64,000 bases of DNA from positions 5,870 to 69,869 of the IMG/VR virus record IMGVR_UViG_3300025529_000004; one strand, written 5' to 3'. Both the position numbers and the translations under genes were made by a program. Origin of the DNA: a virus. This document shows positions 47,335-56,302 of the stretch, piece by piece; position 1 is the stretch's first letter; every line of letters begins with the position of its first letter. The notes under the pieces are model-generated. The model was not told where the DNA came from. It did not search any database and saw only the letters and a program-made list of their open reading frames with translations.

Positions 47335-47578
47335 GGTGTATAGTAAAGAAGAACAAGAAACAGTTTTAGTGTACAATAAAGCCGATAAAGTTTGGTATGT
47401 ATATTCATGTGTTCCAAAACATATCAGAAAATTTTTAAGGATAGGAAAAATGGATATAACAGAAAGTGAGAATGGTAGACCGATAGCAATCAAAGGAGTA
47501 GTACAAGAATCAAATATTTCGATTAGAAAACAGCGTTCTAAAAGTGAAAAACAAGAAGAGAAAGATGGAGATGAGTAA
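47318..47578 (+). CDS. hypothetical phage protein
   Basis: EEQETV...WYVYSCVPKHIRK motif. Confidence 0.6.
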   Translation: MGMIIEVYSKEEQETVLVYNKADKVWYVYSCVPKHIRKFLRIGKMDITESENGRPIAIKGVVQESNISIRKQRSKSEKQEEKDGDE

Positions 47579-47669
47579 TTCTAAATGTGAATGGAATAAA
47601 TCTTAAAATCTGCGTTATAACATAAAAAATTGAACTAAAATTTGAAGGGGTTGTTAGGAGTGAATAATT

Positions 47670-48716
47670 TTGGGATCTGTAAAGTTTGATTTGACTAAAA
47701 ATGAAATTAAATTAAAAGACTTAGGCTTAAACAGCGTTGAAGACATTTATGACTTACTTTTTAGACTAGATATTATTCAAGCAGAAAAAGAGCAAGGAAA
47801 TGATGAAGCGTTTTTCTTGTTTAATGATTTGATTAATTCATTACAATACATAAACGAGAATAAATACATAAAATCTTATATTAACATTCAATTGGGCATT
47901 ACTCCTATGGGAGTCAATGATTATGATAAGGAAATTGAAGAAGTTTGTTCTGAAAGAATGGGAATATCAATTGAGAAATTTAAAGAAGGGTTACATAAAA
48001 ATGTCGAGGATGTTTATGAGTATTTGAAAAATAAACGTTCTAAATGGATTGATTCTTATTATAAAAATAAAGTTATTGATATGAATTTAAAAGTTAATAA
48101 AGAATATGAGTTGTTATCAGATGTGACTGAACTGTATCAAATTGACTTTAATAAAAAGTATATGGATCACAAAATCATCTACAGAAATATTGAGAAACCA
48201 AAGAGTCTTGAGGAATTGGAATCTTATCAGAAGGATTTGGAGTTAAAAATAAAAGAAACTAAAAGAAAATTAAACAAATATAGAAAAAAAGATAACAAAA
48301 GATTTCTTAAGTACAAAAATGAATTAAGTAAGCTTCAAACTCTCAATATACAAGTGAGGAAAGATATCAACATTATCCGGGAATGCTACGGAGAGACATT
48401 GGGGCATCAAAACAAAAAAGGGAAAAAAGATACTGTATCTTATGATTCAAATATGAGTGAAATTGTTAATGCTCATGAAGAGCAGTTAGCGAAAGAAAAA
48501 TATGAAAGTTATTCTGCTATTGATGCAAATATTGAGGTGGGTAAATTGCAAAAAATCGCAGAAAAAATACTCACCAGCCGTCAGTACATAATTTTTGAGC
48601 TTTATTATTTAAACGGTATGACACAGCAAGAAATCGCTGAAATTATGGGCGATTTTAAAGGTAACATATCAAATGATATAAAAATAATTAATAAAAAAAT
48701 TAGTAAAAATCTTTAA
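47670..48716 (+). CDS. protein with a C-terminal sigma70 region-4 HTH (candidate phage transcription factor)
   Basis: LTSRQYIIFELYYLNGMTQQEIAEIMG...NISNDIKII. Confidence 0.7.
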   Translation: MGSVKFDLTKNEIKLKDLGLNSVEDIYDLLFRLDIIQAEKEQGNDEAFFLFNDLINSLQYINENKYIKSYINIQLGITPMGVNDYDKEIEEVCSERMGISIEKFKEGLHKNVEDVYEYLKNKRSKWIDSYYKNKVIDMNLKVNKEYELLSDVTELYQIDFNKKYMDHKIIYRNIEKPKSLEELESYQKDLELKIKETKRKLNKYRKKDNKRFLKYKNELSKLQTLNIQVRKDINIIRECYGETLGHQNKKGKKDTVSYDSNMSEIVNAHEEQLAKEKYESYSAIDANIEVGKLQKIAEKILTSRQYIIFELYYLNGMTQQEIAEIMGDFKGNISNDIKIINKKISKNL

Positions 48717-48767
48717 AATTACATAACTTTAATAAAAAATGTCCCTATTAGTGAGGAGGAATTTTAT

Positions 48768-49646
48768 TTGAATTTAAAATTGGCATATGGAAAAGAATTG
48801 CCACTCCCAAAAAATTTAAATTTTGAAGAAAGAATTAAATATATAGAAGATAACTTATTAAATAACAAAGAGAATATTTTTGAAGAAGAAATTACATATA
48901 CGGATAAGCAAGGTAAACAAAGAAAAAAGACAATTTCAGTTACATATGAGGAGTTTTACAATGTTTTATCTCCTAACATTTCCAATAAAAAGAAAATGAA
49001 ACAGCTAAAAGATAGATGGTTAGGAGTTAAACGAGAAGGATTACCATATCCAAATGATTTAGTGAAATTGAACATTGACTATTTGTCAAGTTACTTATTG
49101 TTTGCAAGAGATTTCTCCGTAAAAACTGAAACACGGAGGTTCAAAGAGTTAAAAAGGATAGAATTAAATAAACGTAAGAAACGGGTATTAACTAAAGATG
49201 AAAACAGAGAATTAGATAAGTTACATAAAAGCGTACTTTATTTTAAGTTAAAACCTAAAAATTCAAATAAAAATGATGTAGTTCTTTATGAAAATAAAAA
49301 ATATGAAAAATTTATTAAGCATAGAGCTAAAAACATTGATGAAGACTCTTCTCTAAAAGAGAGATTAGTAAAACAAAATAAAAAAATAAAAGCAATTAAA
49401 CAAGAAGTTGAGTTAAAACAGCAAGAAATACATGACATACATAACGAAATTAAATTATTAAAAAGTGAACTCAAAGAATTATATGAAAAATTGAAAGTCG
49501 ATAAAAAGAATGTTGAATTGTTGAAAAAAATCAAAGAAAAAACTAAAAAAATCAGGCTTTTGAAAGGCGATCTATCTTACTTAGAGTCCTCTATTGAATG
49601 GTTAGTTGATGATTATTATTTCATAACTGATTTGAAAGTTATTTGA
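48768..49646 (+). CDS. hypothetical basic coiled-coil protein
   Basis: 292 aa, heptad-rich C-terminal half. Confidence 0.6.
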   Translation: MNLKLAYGKELPLPKNLNFEERIKYIEDNLLNNKENIFEEEITYTDKQGKQRKKTISVTYEEFYNVLSPNISNKKKMKQLKDRWLGVKREGLPYPNDLVKLNIDYLSSYLLFARDFSVKTETRRFKELKRIELNKRKKRVLTKDENRELDKLHKSVLYFKLKPKNSNKNDVVLYENKKYEKFIKHRAKNIDEDSSLKERLVKQNKKIKAIKQEVELKQQEIHDIHNEIKLLKSELKELYEKLKVDKKNVELLKKIKEKTKKIRLLKGDLSYLESSIEWLVDDYYFITDLKVI

Positions 49647-49700
49647 TAAAATAAGCATTTTATTTTCAAAAATTCAATGGATTAAAAGGAGGAATTTTCT

Positions 49701-50327
49701 ATGGAAGTTTCTATTACACGCGCTCTTAGTGAGTTGAAATTGTTGGATAAAAGAATCAATCGTGCAATTAATGAAGCGATTTTTGCTGGATATCTTGATG
49801 GAGACAAACCAATGGCAGGGTTTCAAAATAAAGAAGAAATTGAAGCTAGAGCAAAATCTGATTTTCAATCGGTTAAAGATTTGATTAAAAGGCGCAACGC
49901 TATTAAGTCTGCTATTGTTGTTTCAAATGCAACTACAGATGTAGAAATCGCAGGTAAGACAATGACTGTAGCAGAAGCAATTGAACGAAAAACTTCCATA
50001 GAATATGAGAAAAAATTGCTTCAAAAATTAAAAAATACATATACAACCATTGTTTCTTTAATTGAAGATAAAAATGAAGAAGTTAAAGAACGTTTAGACA
50101 GACAATTAGAGGGATTTACAGAGAGTGCCAAGAAAGCAACTGATTCTCAAGTTATTCAAACGTTCATTGATAACTATTTAGCAAAGAATGAATATAAATT
50201 TGTCGATCCTCTTAATATCAAGAAAGTTATTGAAGAATTAACTAAAGATATTGAGGATTTTGAGTCGGAAGTTGATTTTGCTTTAAGCACAAGCAACACA
50301 ATCACAAAAATTACAATTCCTGATTGA
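49701..50327 (+). CDS. coiled-coil protein resembling the DIP1984-like family, followed by a structured RNA
   Basis: RBS AAAGGAGG; ALSELKLLDKRI N-terminus, SNATT...TMTVAEAI middle, IEDFESEVDFALSTSNTITKI C-terminus. Confidence 0.75.
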   Translation: MEVSITRALSELKLLDKRINRAINEAIFAGYLDGDKPMAGFQNKEEIEARAKSDFQSVKDLIKRRNAIKSAIVVSNATTDVEIAGKTMTVAEAIERKTSIEYEKKLLQKLKNTYTTIVSLIEDKNEEVKERLDRQLEGFTESAKKATDSQVIQTFIDNYLAKNEYKFVDPLNIKKVIEELTKDIEDFESEVDFALSTSNTITKITIPD

Positions 50328-50360
50328 TTTTAGAAAAAAGTGATATAACGATCTAAAGAT

Positions 50361-50672
50361 ACTTGTTAGTTAGTCGAAAACCATGAAACTAAACACCTTC
50401 GGGGGTAGGTTAATCCCCCACTTACACTTATTCATTTTGGAATAATACATAGTGAATGGTATTAGCAAATTGACACTATATCTAGTCATTTACTACAGAC
50501 GGCTAAAAGCTCAAACTTCAAATTCCAAAGTTCAAGTGTTAAGTTTCAAGACTCTTTAAGTTCAAAGTTTAGTTTTTAAAGATAACAAGCTTTTTAAAAT
50601 CTAGGGGTAAAGGTTAATGAGTGGTTGTTTATTGGCTCGATTGGTTTCCTCCTAGCTGACTAGCTAACAAGT
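50361..50672 (+). ncRNA. putative ~310-nt structured ncRNA with a central heptamer array
   Basis: 15-bp closing helix ACTTGTTAGTTAGTC / GACTAGCTAACAAGT (one G-U); GAAAACC/GGTTTCC; GGGGG/CCCCC hairpin; CTAGG/CCTAG; phased AA(A/G)NYYY heptamers from 50506. Confidence 0.7.
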
Positions 50673-50679
50673 TTAACCG

Positions 50680-50722
50680 TGATGTGAGTAGTATTTTCTT
50701 GGTGCAACTCCAAGGCGCATCA
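50680..50722 (+). ncRNA. tRNA-like minihelix (acceptor stem plus T-arm)
   Basis: 7-bp TGATGTG/CGCATCA stem stacked on CTTGG-TGCAACT-CCAAG (7-nt loop). Confidence 0.5.
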
Positions 50723-50771
50723 AAAAATAATTAATAAAAAATTTTTTAGGAGTAACAAGGAGGAAATAATA

Positions 50772-51041
50772 ATGAAAAAAGCAGAATTTGTAGGATTGGT
50801 AGCTGAACAATTAGGTAAAACAAAAAAGGAAACTGGAGAAATTCTTGATGTAGTATTTGGTACTATTGAAAAAGCATTGGTTGAACATGGTGAAGTGCCA
50901 TTGGGTGATTTGGGTAAATTTGTTGTCAAAGAACAAGCAGGTAGAACAGGTAGAAATCCACAAACTGGTGAACCAATTGATATTCCTGCAAGGAATGTCG
51001 TCAAATATAAAGCCTCTAAACATGCTAAAGAATTAGTTTAA
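50772..51041 (+). CDS. hup: HU-family DNA-binding protein (YonN-like)
   Basis: MKKAEFV...LGKFVVKEQAGRTGRNPQTGEPIDIPA. Confidence 0.95.
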   Translation: MKKAEFVGLVAEQLGKTKKETGEILDVVFGTIEKALVEHGEVPLGDLGKFVVKEQAGRTGRNPQTGEPIDIPARNVVKYKASKHAKELV

Positions 51042-51051
51042 TTAAAATACT

Positions 51052-51085
51052 AAAAAGTGGGTGGTTTATTACCACCTGCTTTTTT
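51052..51085 (+). terminator. intrinsic terminator
   Basis: GGTGG-TTTATTA-CCACC stem followed by a T-run. Confidence 0.6.
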
Positions 51086-51103
51086 AATTAAAGGGGCAAA
51101 TGT

Positions 51104-52276
51104 ATGGAAAAATATTATGTAGTGGATACGAATGTTCTACTTGATGATCCAGAAATTATTAGTCAATATAAAGTAGTAATTTTAGCTGATGTTTTGCGTG
51201 AGTTAGAAAAACATAAGAAAAGTTACAACAAAGAATTAGCTTATAATGCTAGGAAAGCTACTAGGTTTATTGAGGACAATTCTGATAAGATACTTGTTGA
51301 TTTAAATGACTATGAAGTTAAAGATGATCGATTAGATAAAGATTACGTTGATAATAGGATTATCTTTGCTTGCAAAAATAATAACTATGGTTTGATTACT
51401 AACGACTTGTTGCTTAAATTTAAGGCAAAAGGGTTTGGGATTGAATTAATTGAAGTTAAAGAAAAAGATGAAATTGACTATAAAGGTTATAAGTTTGTAG
51501 ATTTAACAGAAGAAGAAATGGCATATTTCTATGAAAATATGGATACAAACATTTATAACCTATACATAAATCAATATTTAATTATTAGAGATAAATACAA
51601 AAATACTATTGATAAATACAGATGGACTGGTGAGACTCATAAAAAACTACATCTCCCTCCTAAAAAGATTATAAAAGCACAAAATGATTTACAAGAATGT
51701 GCTTTAGATTTATTACATGATACCTCTATTCCTATTAAATTTGTAGTCGGCACATATGGCAGTGGTAAAACGCTATTAAGTACTAAGATGGCTGTATATC
51801 ATGTACTAGAAAAGGGAAATTACGCAAAGATTATGGCTGTAAGAAATCCAATTGGAACCGGTGAAGCTATTGGATTTTTAAAGGGGGATAAAGATCAGAA
51901 AACAGAAGGATTCTTTAAACCAATTATTCAACATCTTGAAGGTGGAGAACAAGAAGCTGATTATTTAGAACAGCGCGGTCAATTGATTCGTGAAATCCCT
52001 TATTATATGAAAGGTCTTTCAATTGATGAGGCTTTTATTATAGTTGATGAAGCCGAAGATTTGGATGTAAAACTAATTAAAACAATAGGTACACGTTTAG
52101 AAAAAAATTCGGCTATTGTTTTTTCTGGTGATTTTAACCAAAGTGAAGAAAAATATAAACATAACAATGGATTAATACATGCTATTAATAAATTAAAAAA
52201 TAATCCGTTAGTGGGCATTATTGTGTTAGATAAAGATGTTAGATCAGATGCAAGTAAGGTATTTTCTGAGTTGTAA
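51104..52276 (+). CDS. phoH: PIN-domain plus PhoH-family ATPase
   Basis: YVVDTNVLL (PIN); GTYGSGKT, RG/KGLSIDEAFIIVDEAED, GDFNQ. Confidence 0.9.
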   Translation: MEKYYVVDTNVLLDDPEIISQYKVVILADVLRELEKHKKSYNKELAYNARKATRFIEDNSDKILVDLNDYEVKDDRLDKDYVDNRIIFACKNNNYGLITNDLLLKFKAKGFGIELIEVKEKDEIDYKGYKFVDLTEEEMAYFYENMDTNIYNLYINQYLIIRDKYKNTIDKYRWTGETHKKLHLPPKKIIKAQNDLQECALDLLHDTSIPIKFVVGTYGSGKTLLSTKMAVYHVLEKGNYAKIMAVRNPIGTGEAIGFLKGDKDQKTEGFFKPIIQHLEGGEQEADYLEQRGQLIREIPYYMKGLSIDEAFIIVDEAEDLDVKLIKTIGTRLEKNSAIVFSGDFNQSEEKYKHNNGLIHAINKLKNNPLVGIIVLDKDVRSDASKVFSEL

Positions 52277-52359
52277 TTTTGCACAGAAATTAATTAAAAA
52301 TTCTAAGTTAAAATTTAATGAATAATTAAAACATTATTGGAGTAAAAGGAGGAGCTATA

Positions 52360-52554
52360 ATGGCTAAGTTAAACCATACAATTTCTTTTAAAAATGCTGA
52401 AATTTCTTTGGAAGATAATCAAATTGTTGAATTTCTTAAAGATGAGACTTTAACTCATACATTATCAGATATTATTAATCGTTTTGCTGGCAAAAAAGTA
52501 GATGTAACTTTTAAAGAAGTATTAGAATTAGAACCTGAAAGTCATGAAGGGTAA
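52360..52554 (+). CDS. yonK: YonK-family protein
   Basis: Size, position and ...LSDIINRFAGKKVDVTFKE pattern. Confidence 0.7.
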   Translation: MAKLNHTISFKNAEISLEDNQIVEFLKDETLTHTLSDIINRFAGKKVDVTFKEVLELEPESHEG

Positions 52555-52568
52555 AGGATGGTGATTGA

Positions 52569-53759
52569 ATGTTAGATGATCCCATTCTAAGAAGACAAGA
52601 AGGAGAATCGTTTAATCGTTACCATATTCGTTTGTATGAGAAAAAGAATGAATATGGACTAAGTAGAGAAGAAATCGCAGATTTGCTGAATAAAGAATAT
52701 GGAAGCAATTATGATGAAAGCAAGTGGCGAAAAGATTATGCAGCCTATGTAAAATGGAAAGATTTCATTATTGCTGAAAATCTTAATGAAGACATTGTTA
52801 AAAAGTATGAAGAATTGAAGATTGAAGCTGAAAAAGAGAAAGTTCGTCAACGAGATCAAAAACGTGAATATCGAAATTTAATCAGAAATTCAGCACGTTT
52901 TGAAAAAATTAAAGATGATATTTACGAAGCAATTCTTCAACTTGAGAAAAAGAAACCCCTGAAATTTAATAATAAAAATCGTTCATTTGAGTTCAGTGAA
53001 GAACGACACGGGCTTGCATTATTTAGTGATTGGCACTTTGGTATGGAAGTTGATAACACAATAAACAAATACAACAAAGAAGTGTTTAACGAACGAGTAA
53101 CAAAGTTGGCAAACAAAATTATTACATATGGAAAATTTAATAAGATCTCTACATTACATGTTGCACAGTTAGGTGATCTTTTATCGGGAATGATTCATGT
53201 CTCAACAAGAGTTCAGTCAAATGAAGATATTATTGAGCAAATTCAATATGTCTCAGAAACATTGGCTGAAATATTGGTTAAATTAGCTTCTGAATTTAAT
53301 GAGATTCACTTCTATAACGTAATTGGAAATCATGGTCGTATTGGTAAAAAAGATGATGTAGGAATAAAAGAAAATTTTGAATATCTTGTACCTTGGTATC
53401 TTGAAGCAAGATTAAAAAACATACCAAATATAAAAATTGTTTCAGATAATGATGGGTACATAACCACAAACATTTTTGATACAAAAATTGTATTTGTACA
53501 TGGCAATTTTGATAGAATCGATCAAAGTGTTACAAAATTACCTCAGCTATTAGGATATGTACCGGATATGATTATCGGTGGGCATATTCATCATAATTAT
53601 GAAAATGAATATGGAAAAACCACTGTTTTAACAAATGGTTCTCTTATAGGTGTAGATGATTTTGCAATGCAAGGTAGACATGTAGCAAAGCCTAGTCAAA
53701 AGTTTATGGTTTTTGATAAAGAAGAAGGTTTGGAAAGCACCTATTCTATCAAACTTTAA
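52569..53759 (+). CDS. calcineurin-like metallophosphoesterase (YonJ-like)
   Basis: SDWHFG, GDLLSG, GNHGR, VHG, GHIHH. Confidence 0.85.
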   Translation: MLDDPILRRQEGESFNRYHIRLYEKKNEYGLSREEIADLLNKEYGSNYDESKWRKDYAAYVKWKDFIIAENLNEDIVKKYEELKIEAEKEKVRQRDQKREYRNLIRNSARFEKIKDDIYEAILQLEKKKPLKFNNKNRSFEFSEERHGLALFSDWHFGMEVDNTINKYNKEVFNERVTKLANKIITYGKFNKISTLHVAQLGDLLSGMIHVSTRVQSNEDIIEQIQYVSETLAEILVKLASEFNEIHFYNVIGNHGRIGKKDDVGIKENFEYLVPWYLEARLKNIPNIKIVSDNDGYITTNIFDTKIVFVHGNFDRIDQSVTKLPQLLGYVPDMIIGGHIHHNYENEYGKTTVLTNGSLIGVDDFAMQGRHVAKPSQKFMVFDKEEGLESTYSIKL

Positions 53760-53863
53760 TTTGGTGAATATATATGAAAAAGAAATTAAATAATTTTTTA
53801 TTAAAGTTGTACATAAAGGCGTATTTTGCTTATTTCAGGATTTTTAAAAGAAATTAAAATGGT

Positions 53864-54520
53864 ATGACGATTTATTTTCGTCCGATGCCTTCTATTAGTG
53901 ATAAGGAGGCTAAACACATGAAAAATAAAAAGATGTTTGTTGAGGATATTGAAGAAAATGTTGGTGGATTACATTTATTAGAAAAAATTTTTGTAGATCA
54001 CTTAAAAGATCGCAGAATCATTTTGAATGAAGAAATTAGTCCATTGGGCTTTGATACAGTTGTGATGCAAATTAAAAAATTTAATAAAGAAGATGAAGGT
54101 AAACCAATTGAAGAAAGAAAACCTATTGAATTATATATCAATTCCTATGGTGGATCAGTTTATGATGGATTTGCTCTGATTTCTGCAATTCTTTCTTCTG
54201 AAACTCCTGTTTATGGTTATGTAGATGGTTATGTCATGAGTATGGCATTTGCTATTTTTATTGCATGTCATAAACGTTTTTGCGGAAAATATTCAAATTT
54301 CATGTATCATGAGATCAGTACAGTTAGTGTTGGAAAAAATACAGAAATTGAAGAAGTAACAAAAGAAAATAGACGTTTACAAAAGATGTATGATGAATTG
54401 GTTATCGAAAGAACTAATTTAAAAAAGAACCAATTGGATAGAGTTAAACGTAATAAAAAAGATTGGTTCTTTGGCGCTGAAGATGCTGTTAAATTTGGGA
54501 TTGCTCATGAAATTCAATGA
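53864..54520 (+). CDS. clpP: ClpP-family serine protease (probable start at MKNKK)
   Basis: LYINSYGGSV, VMSMA (Ser), FMYHE (His), KDWFFGAEDA (Asp). Confidence 0.85.
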   Translation: MTIYFRPMPSISDKEAKHMKNKKMFVEDIEENVGGLHLLEKIFVDHLKDRRIILNEEISPLGFDTVVMQIKKFNKEDEGKPIEERKPIELYINSYGGSVYDGFALISAILSSETPVYGYVDGYVMSMAFAIFIACHKRFCGKYSNFMYHEISTVSVGKNTEIEEVTKENRRLQKMYDELVIERTNLKKNQLDRVKRNKKDWFFGAEDAVKFGIAHEIQ

Positions 54521-54705
54521 CTTATTTTATGAGGAGAATTTGTATGTTATCAATAATTGACAAGATAAATGAAAAACTAGAGCTTATTGAAAAATCTAAG
54601 TGTGGTTACTCATTTGGTTCCAATCAATATCGTGAATTATTATGTCAAGAAGTTGAATTGTTAAAATTAAAAAAGAAAGAATGTAGCAAATTACTCAATG
54701 TTTAA
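54517..54705 (+). CDS. hypothetical protein
   Basis: Internal GAGGAG RBS; likely start at MLSII. Confidence 0.45.
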   Translation: MTYFMRRICMLSIIDKINEKLELIEKSKCGYSFGSNQYRELLCQEVELLKLKKKECSKLLNV

Positions 54706-54710
54706 AATAA

Positions 54711-55600
54711 ACCACAGAGGATAGAATAGGCAGCTATCGCCCTAGATGGAGATGCGTGAGTGCCGACACGCCTGCGGTATGAAGTGACGTAGGGATAGCG
54801 TCACGTTAATAAAGAAAGTCCATCGTTTTGATGTTGTGGTAAGGTCGCCCAACGTTAAATAAAGAAAGTACCAACTAAAAATGTTTGAGGGTTTGGCAGT
54901 TGTCTCCGACTAATAATACAACTGAAAATGTTATTAAGTTTGGGTCATAGCACCCTGCGAGACATAGAATCTTGCAATAATTCTTACACGTTTATATGAA
55001 GATCCGGTTTTCGGTCATCTGTTAAAATCGATGATTCAATTGCGATTTGCTTATAGCTTGTCGCCTGCAAAGGTTTCGGACGCTGAACCCGTTAAATCAG
55101 CGTTCAATATATATCAATTGCGGTGTGTATCTTCGGAACACACTTCGTAGTCTGGATGCGTCTGGGCTACGGTCAGCGCGTATGTTTGCGGACATGCGTG
55201 TATAGAGTCGAGATGCGTCTCGACTCTATTTATAATTACGTTTTTCCTGTATCGATTGGTGTCTACTTAATTGAAGAATCGAGGATAGCTTGGTCGCCTA
55301 TTGTAAAATGTTCCCCGCCCGCCATTAAATTAATGGGTTGTGCAGGAGGGTCAATAGGATTAAGTAGATACCAGTGGGTGCAGGAATGCTGATGTAACTT
55401 TTAGGCGTTTTAATATTGTCACTCGTTCCGAACGAGGAGTTACATTTCGGACAGTAAATCCTGTGCTTTTTATCTAAGTGATCAACCGCAGATTGCTCAC
55501 AAGCGCTGCGTATGCACATTATTCGCTAAAAATTTAATTCGTTATTTTTTTATTCGCTAGGTTTTGTTTCGCTAGTCGTCTACCTCAGACGACATTTTTT
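54711..55600 (+). ncRNA. putative large (~890 nt) highly structured non-coding RNA
   Basis: GC-enriched; more than 10 helices including a 12-bp perfect stem (55202-55229), a cUUCGg hairpin (55123-55143) and a 14-bp long-range helix (55258-55271/55359-55372); ends in terminator GTCGTCT/AGACGAC plus T-run. Confidence 0.7.
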
Positions 55601-55623
55601 ATTTCATAATAAAGAAGGGGTCG

Positions 55624-55929
55624 ATGGACATGACGGACAAATTGTCGCGTGAAGAATTTAAATTTGATGTAGATGTATCTAAAGCACTTACTGGACTTAA
55701 GGCTTTGCAACGTGAAATAAGAAAAACTATTCAATTGTTGCGTGAATTAGAAAGTAAAATCCATAAAGTTGAAAGTTCTAAAGTTTCAGCAGAAATGGCT
55801 CACCTTATTTTTGTTAATTTTGGAATAACGCCTGATAAATTAGTAAATATGTCAGATGAATACATCTATGAAATGATTATGTTTATTGAAAAACAAGCAA
55901 GGGAAACATGTGAAACTAAATCCAAATGA
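55624..55929 (+). CDS. hypothetical protein
   Basis: RBS AAGGGG; DVDVSKALTGLKALQREIRK. Confidence 0.6.
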   Translation: MDMTDKLSREEFKFDVDVSKALTGLKALQREIRKTIQLLRELESKIHKVESSKVSAEMAHLIFVNFGITPDKLVNMSDEYIYEMIMFIEKQARETCETKSK

Positions 55930-55999
55930 ATAGACAAATATCTAAAAAGCATCCATCTGAGGGGCTTTTTTTATTGAAATAGTAGAGGAGGTTAAAAAG

Positions 56000-56164
56000 A
56001 TGGAGGACTTCTATACTAAAAAGGAAATAAAGGCAATTAAAACGCTAATTACATTTGGATTACCTGAACATATTGCTGAAAATTGTGTAAATAGTAGAAA
56101 CTCAAAAGAGTTAGAAATATTCATGGAATTCCTTGATAGGTACGGGCATTATATAAATAACTAA
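56000..56164 (+). CDS. small hypothetical protein (54 aa, not in ORF track)
   Basis: RBS GAGGAGG; MEDFYTKKEIKAIKTL...YINN*. Confidence 0.55.
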   Translation: MEDFYTKKEIKAIKTLITFGLPEHIAENCVNSRNSKELEIFMEFLDRYGHYINN

Positions 56165-56302
56165 TTAAACATCTTTCGGAGTGCTTTTTCTTTTGAAAAA
56201 TAATAATTAATAATAAAAGAGTGATTTTATTGAAAGAGTCCTTATAGTGCTTGCCATTTTAAACGGTCGAAATGGCAGATATTATTAAGGATTCTTTTTT
56301 AA

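Noticed and set aside
50506-50600. Coding microsatellite, or type III TA/CRISPR repeats
   Set aside because: 7-nt degenerate units with no RBS and stops in frame. Type III antitoxin repeats are ~35 nt and lie upstream of the toxin.
54711-54778. tRNA gene
   Set aside because: Cloverleaf-like, but no canonical T-loop (8-nt AGTGCCGA), a poor anticodon stem and no CCA; kept only as part of the large RNA.
55123-55519. ORFs 55123-55392 (+) and 55325-55519 (-) as proteins
   Set aside because: No RBS, atypical composition, overlap each other and coincide with strong RNA helices.
54711-55600. Group I or group II intron
   Set aside because: Intergenic rather than interrupting an ORF; no GUGCG start, domain V or recognisable P7 core found by eye. 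A cmscan is still needed.
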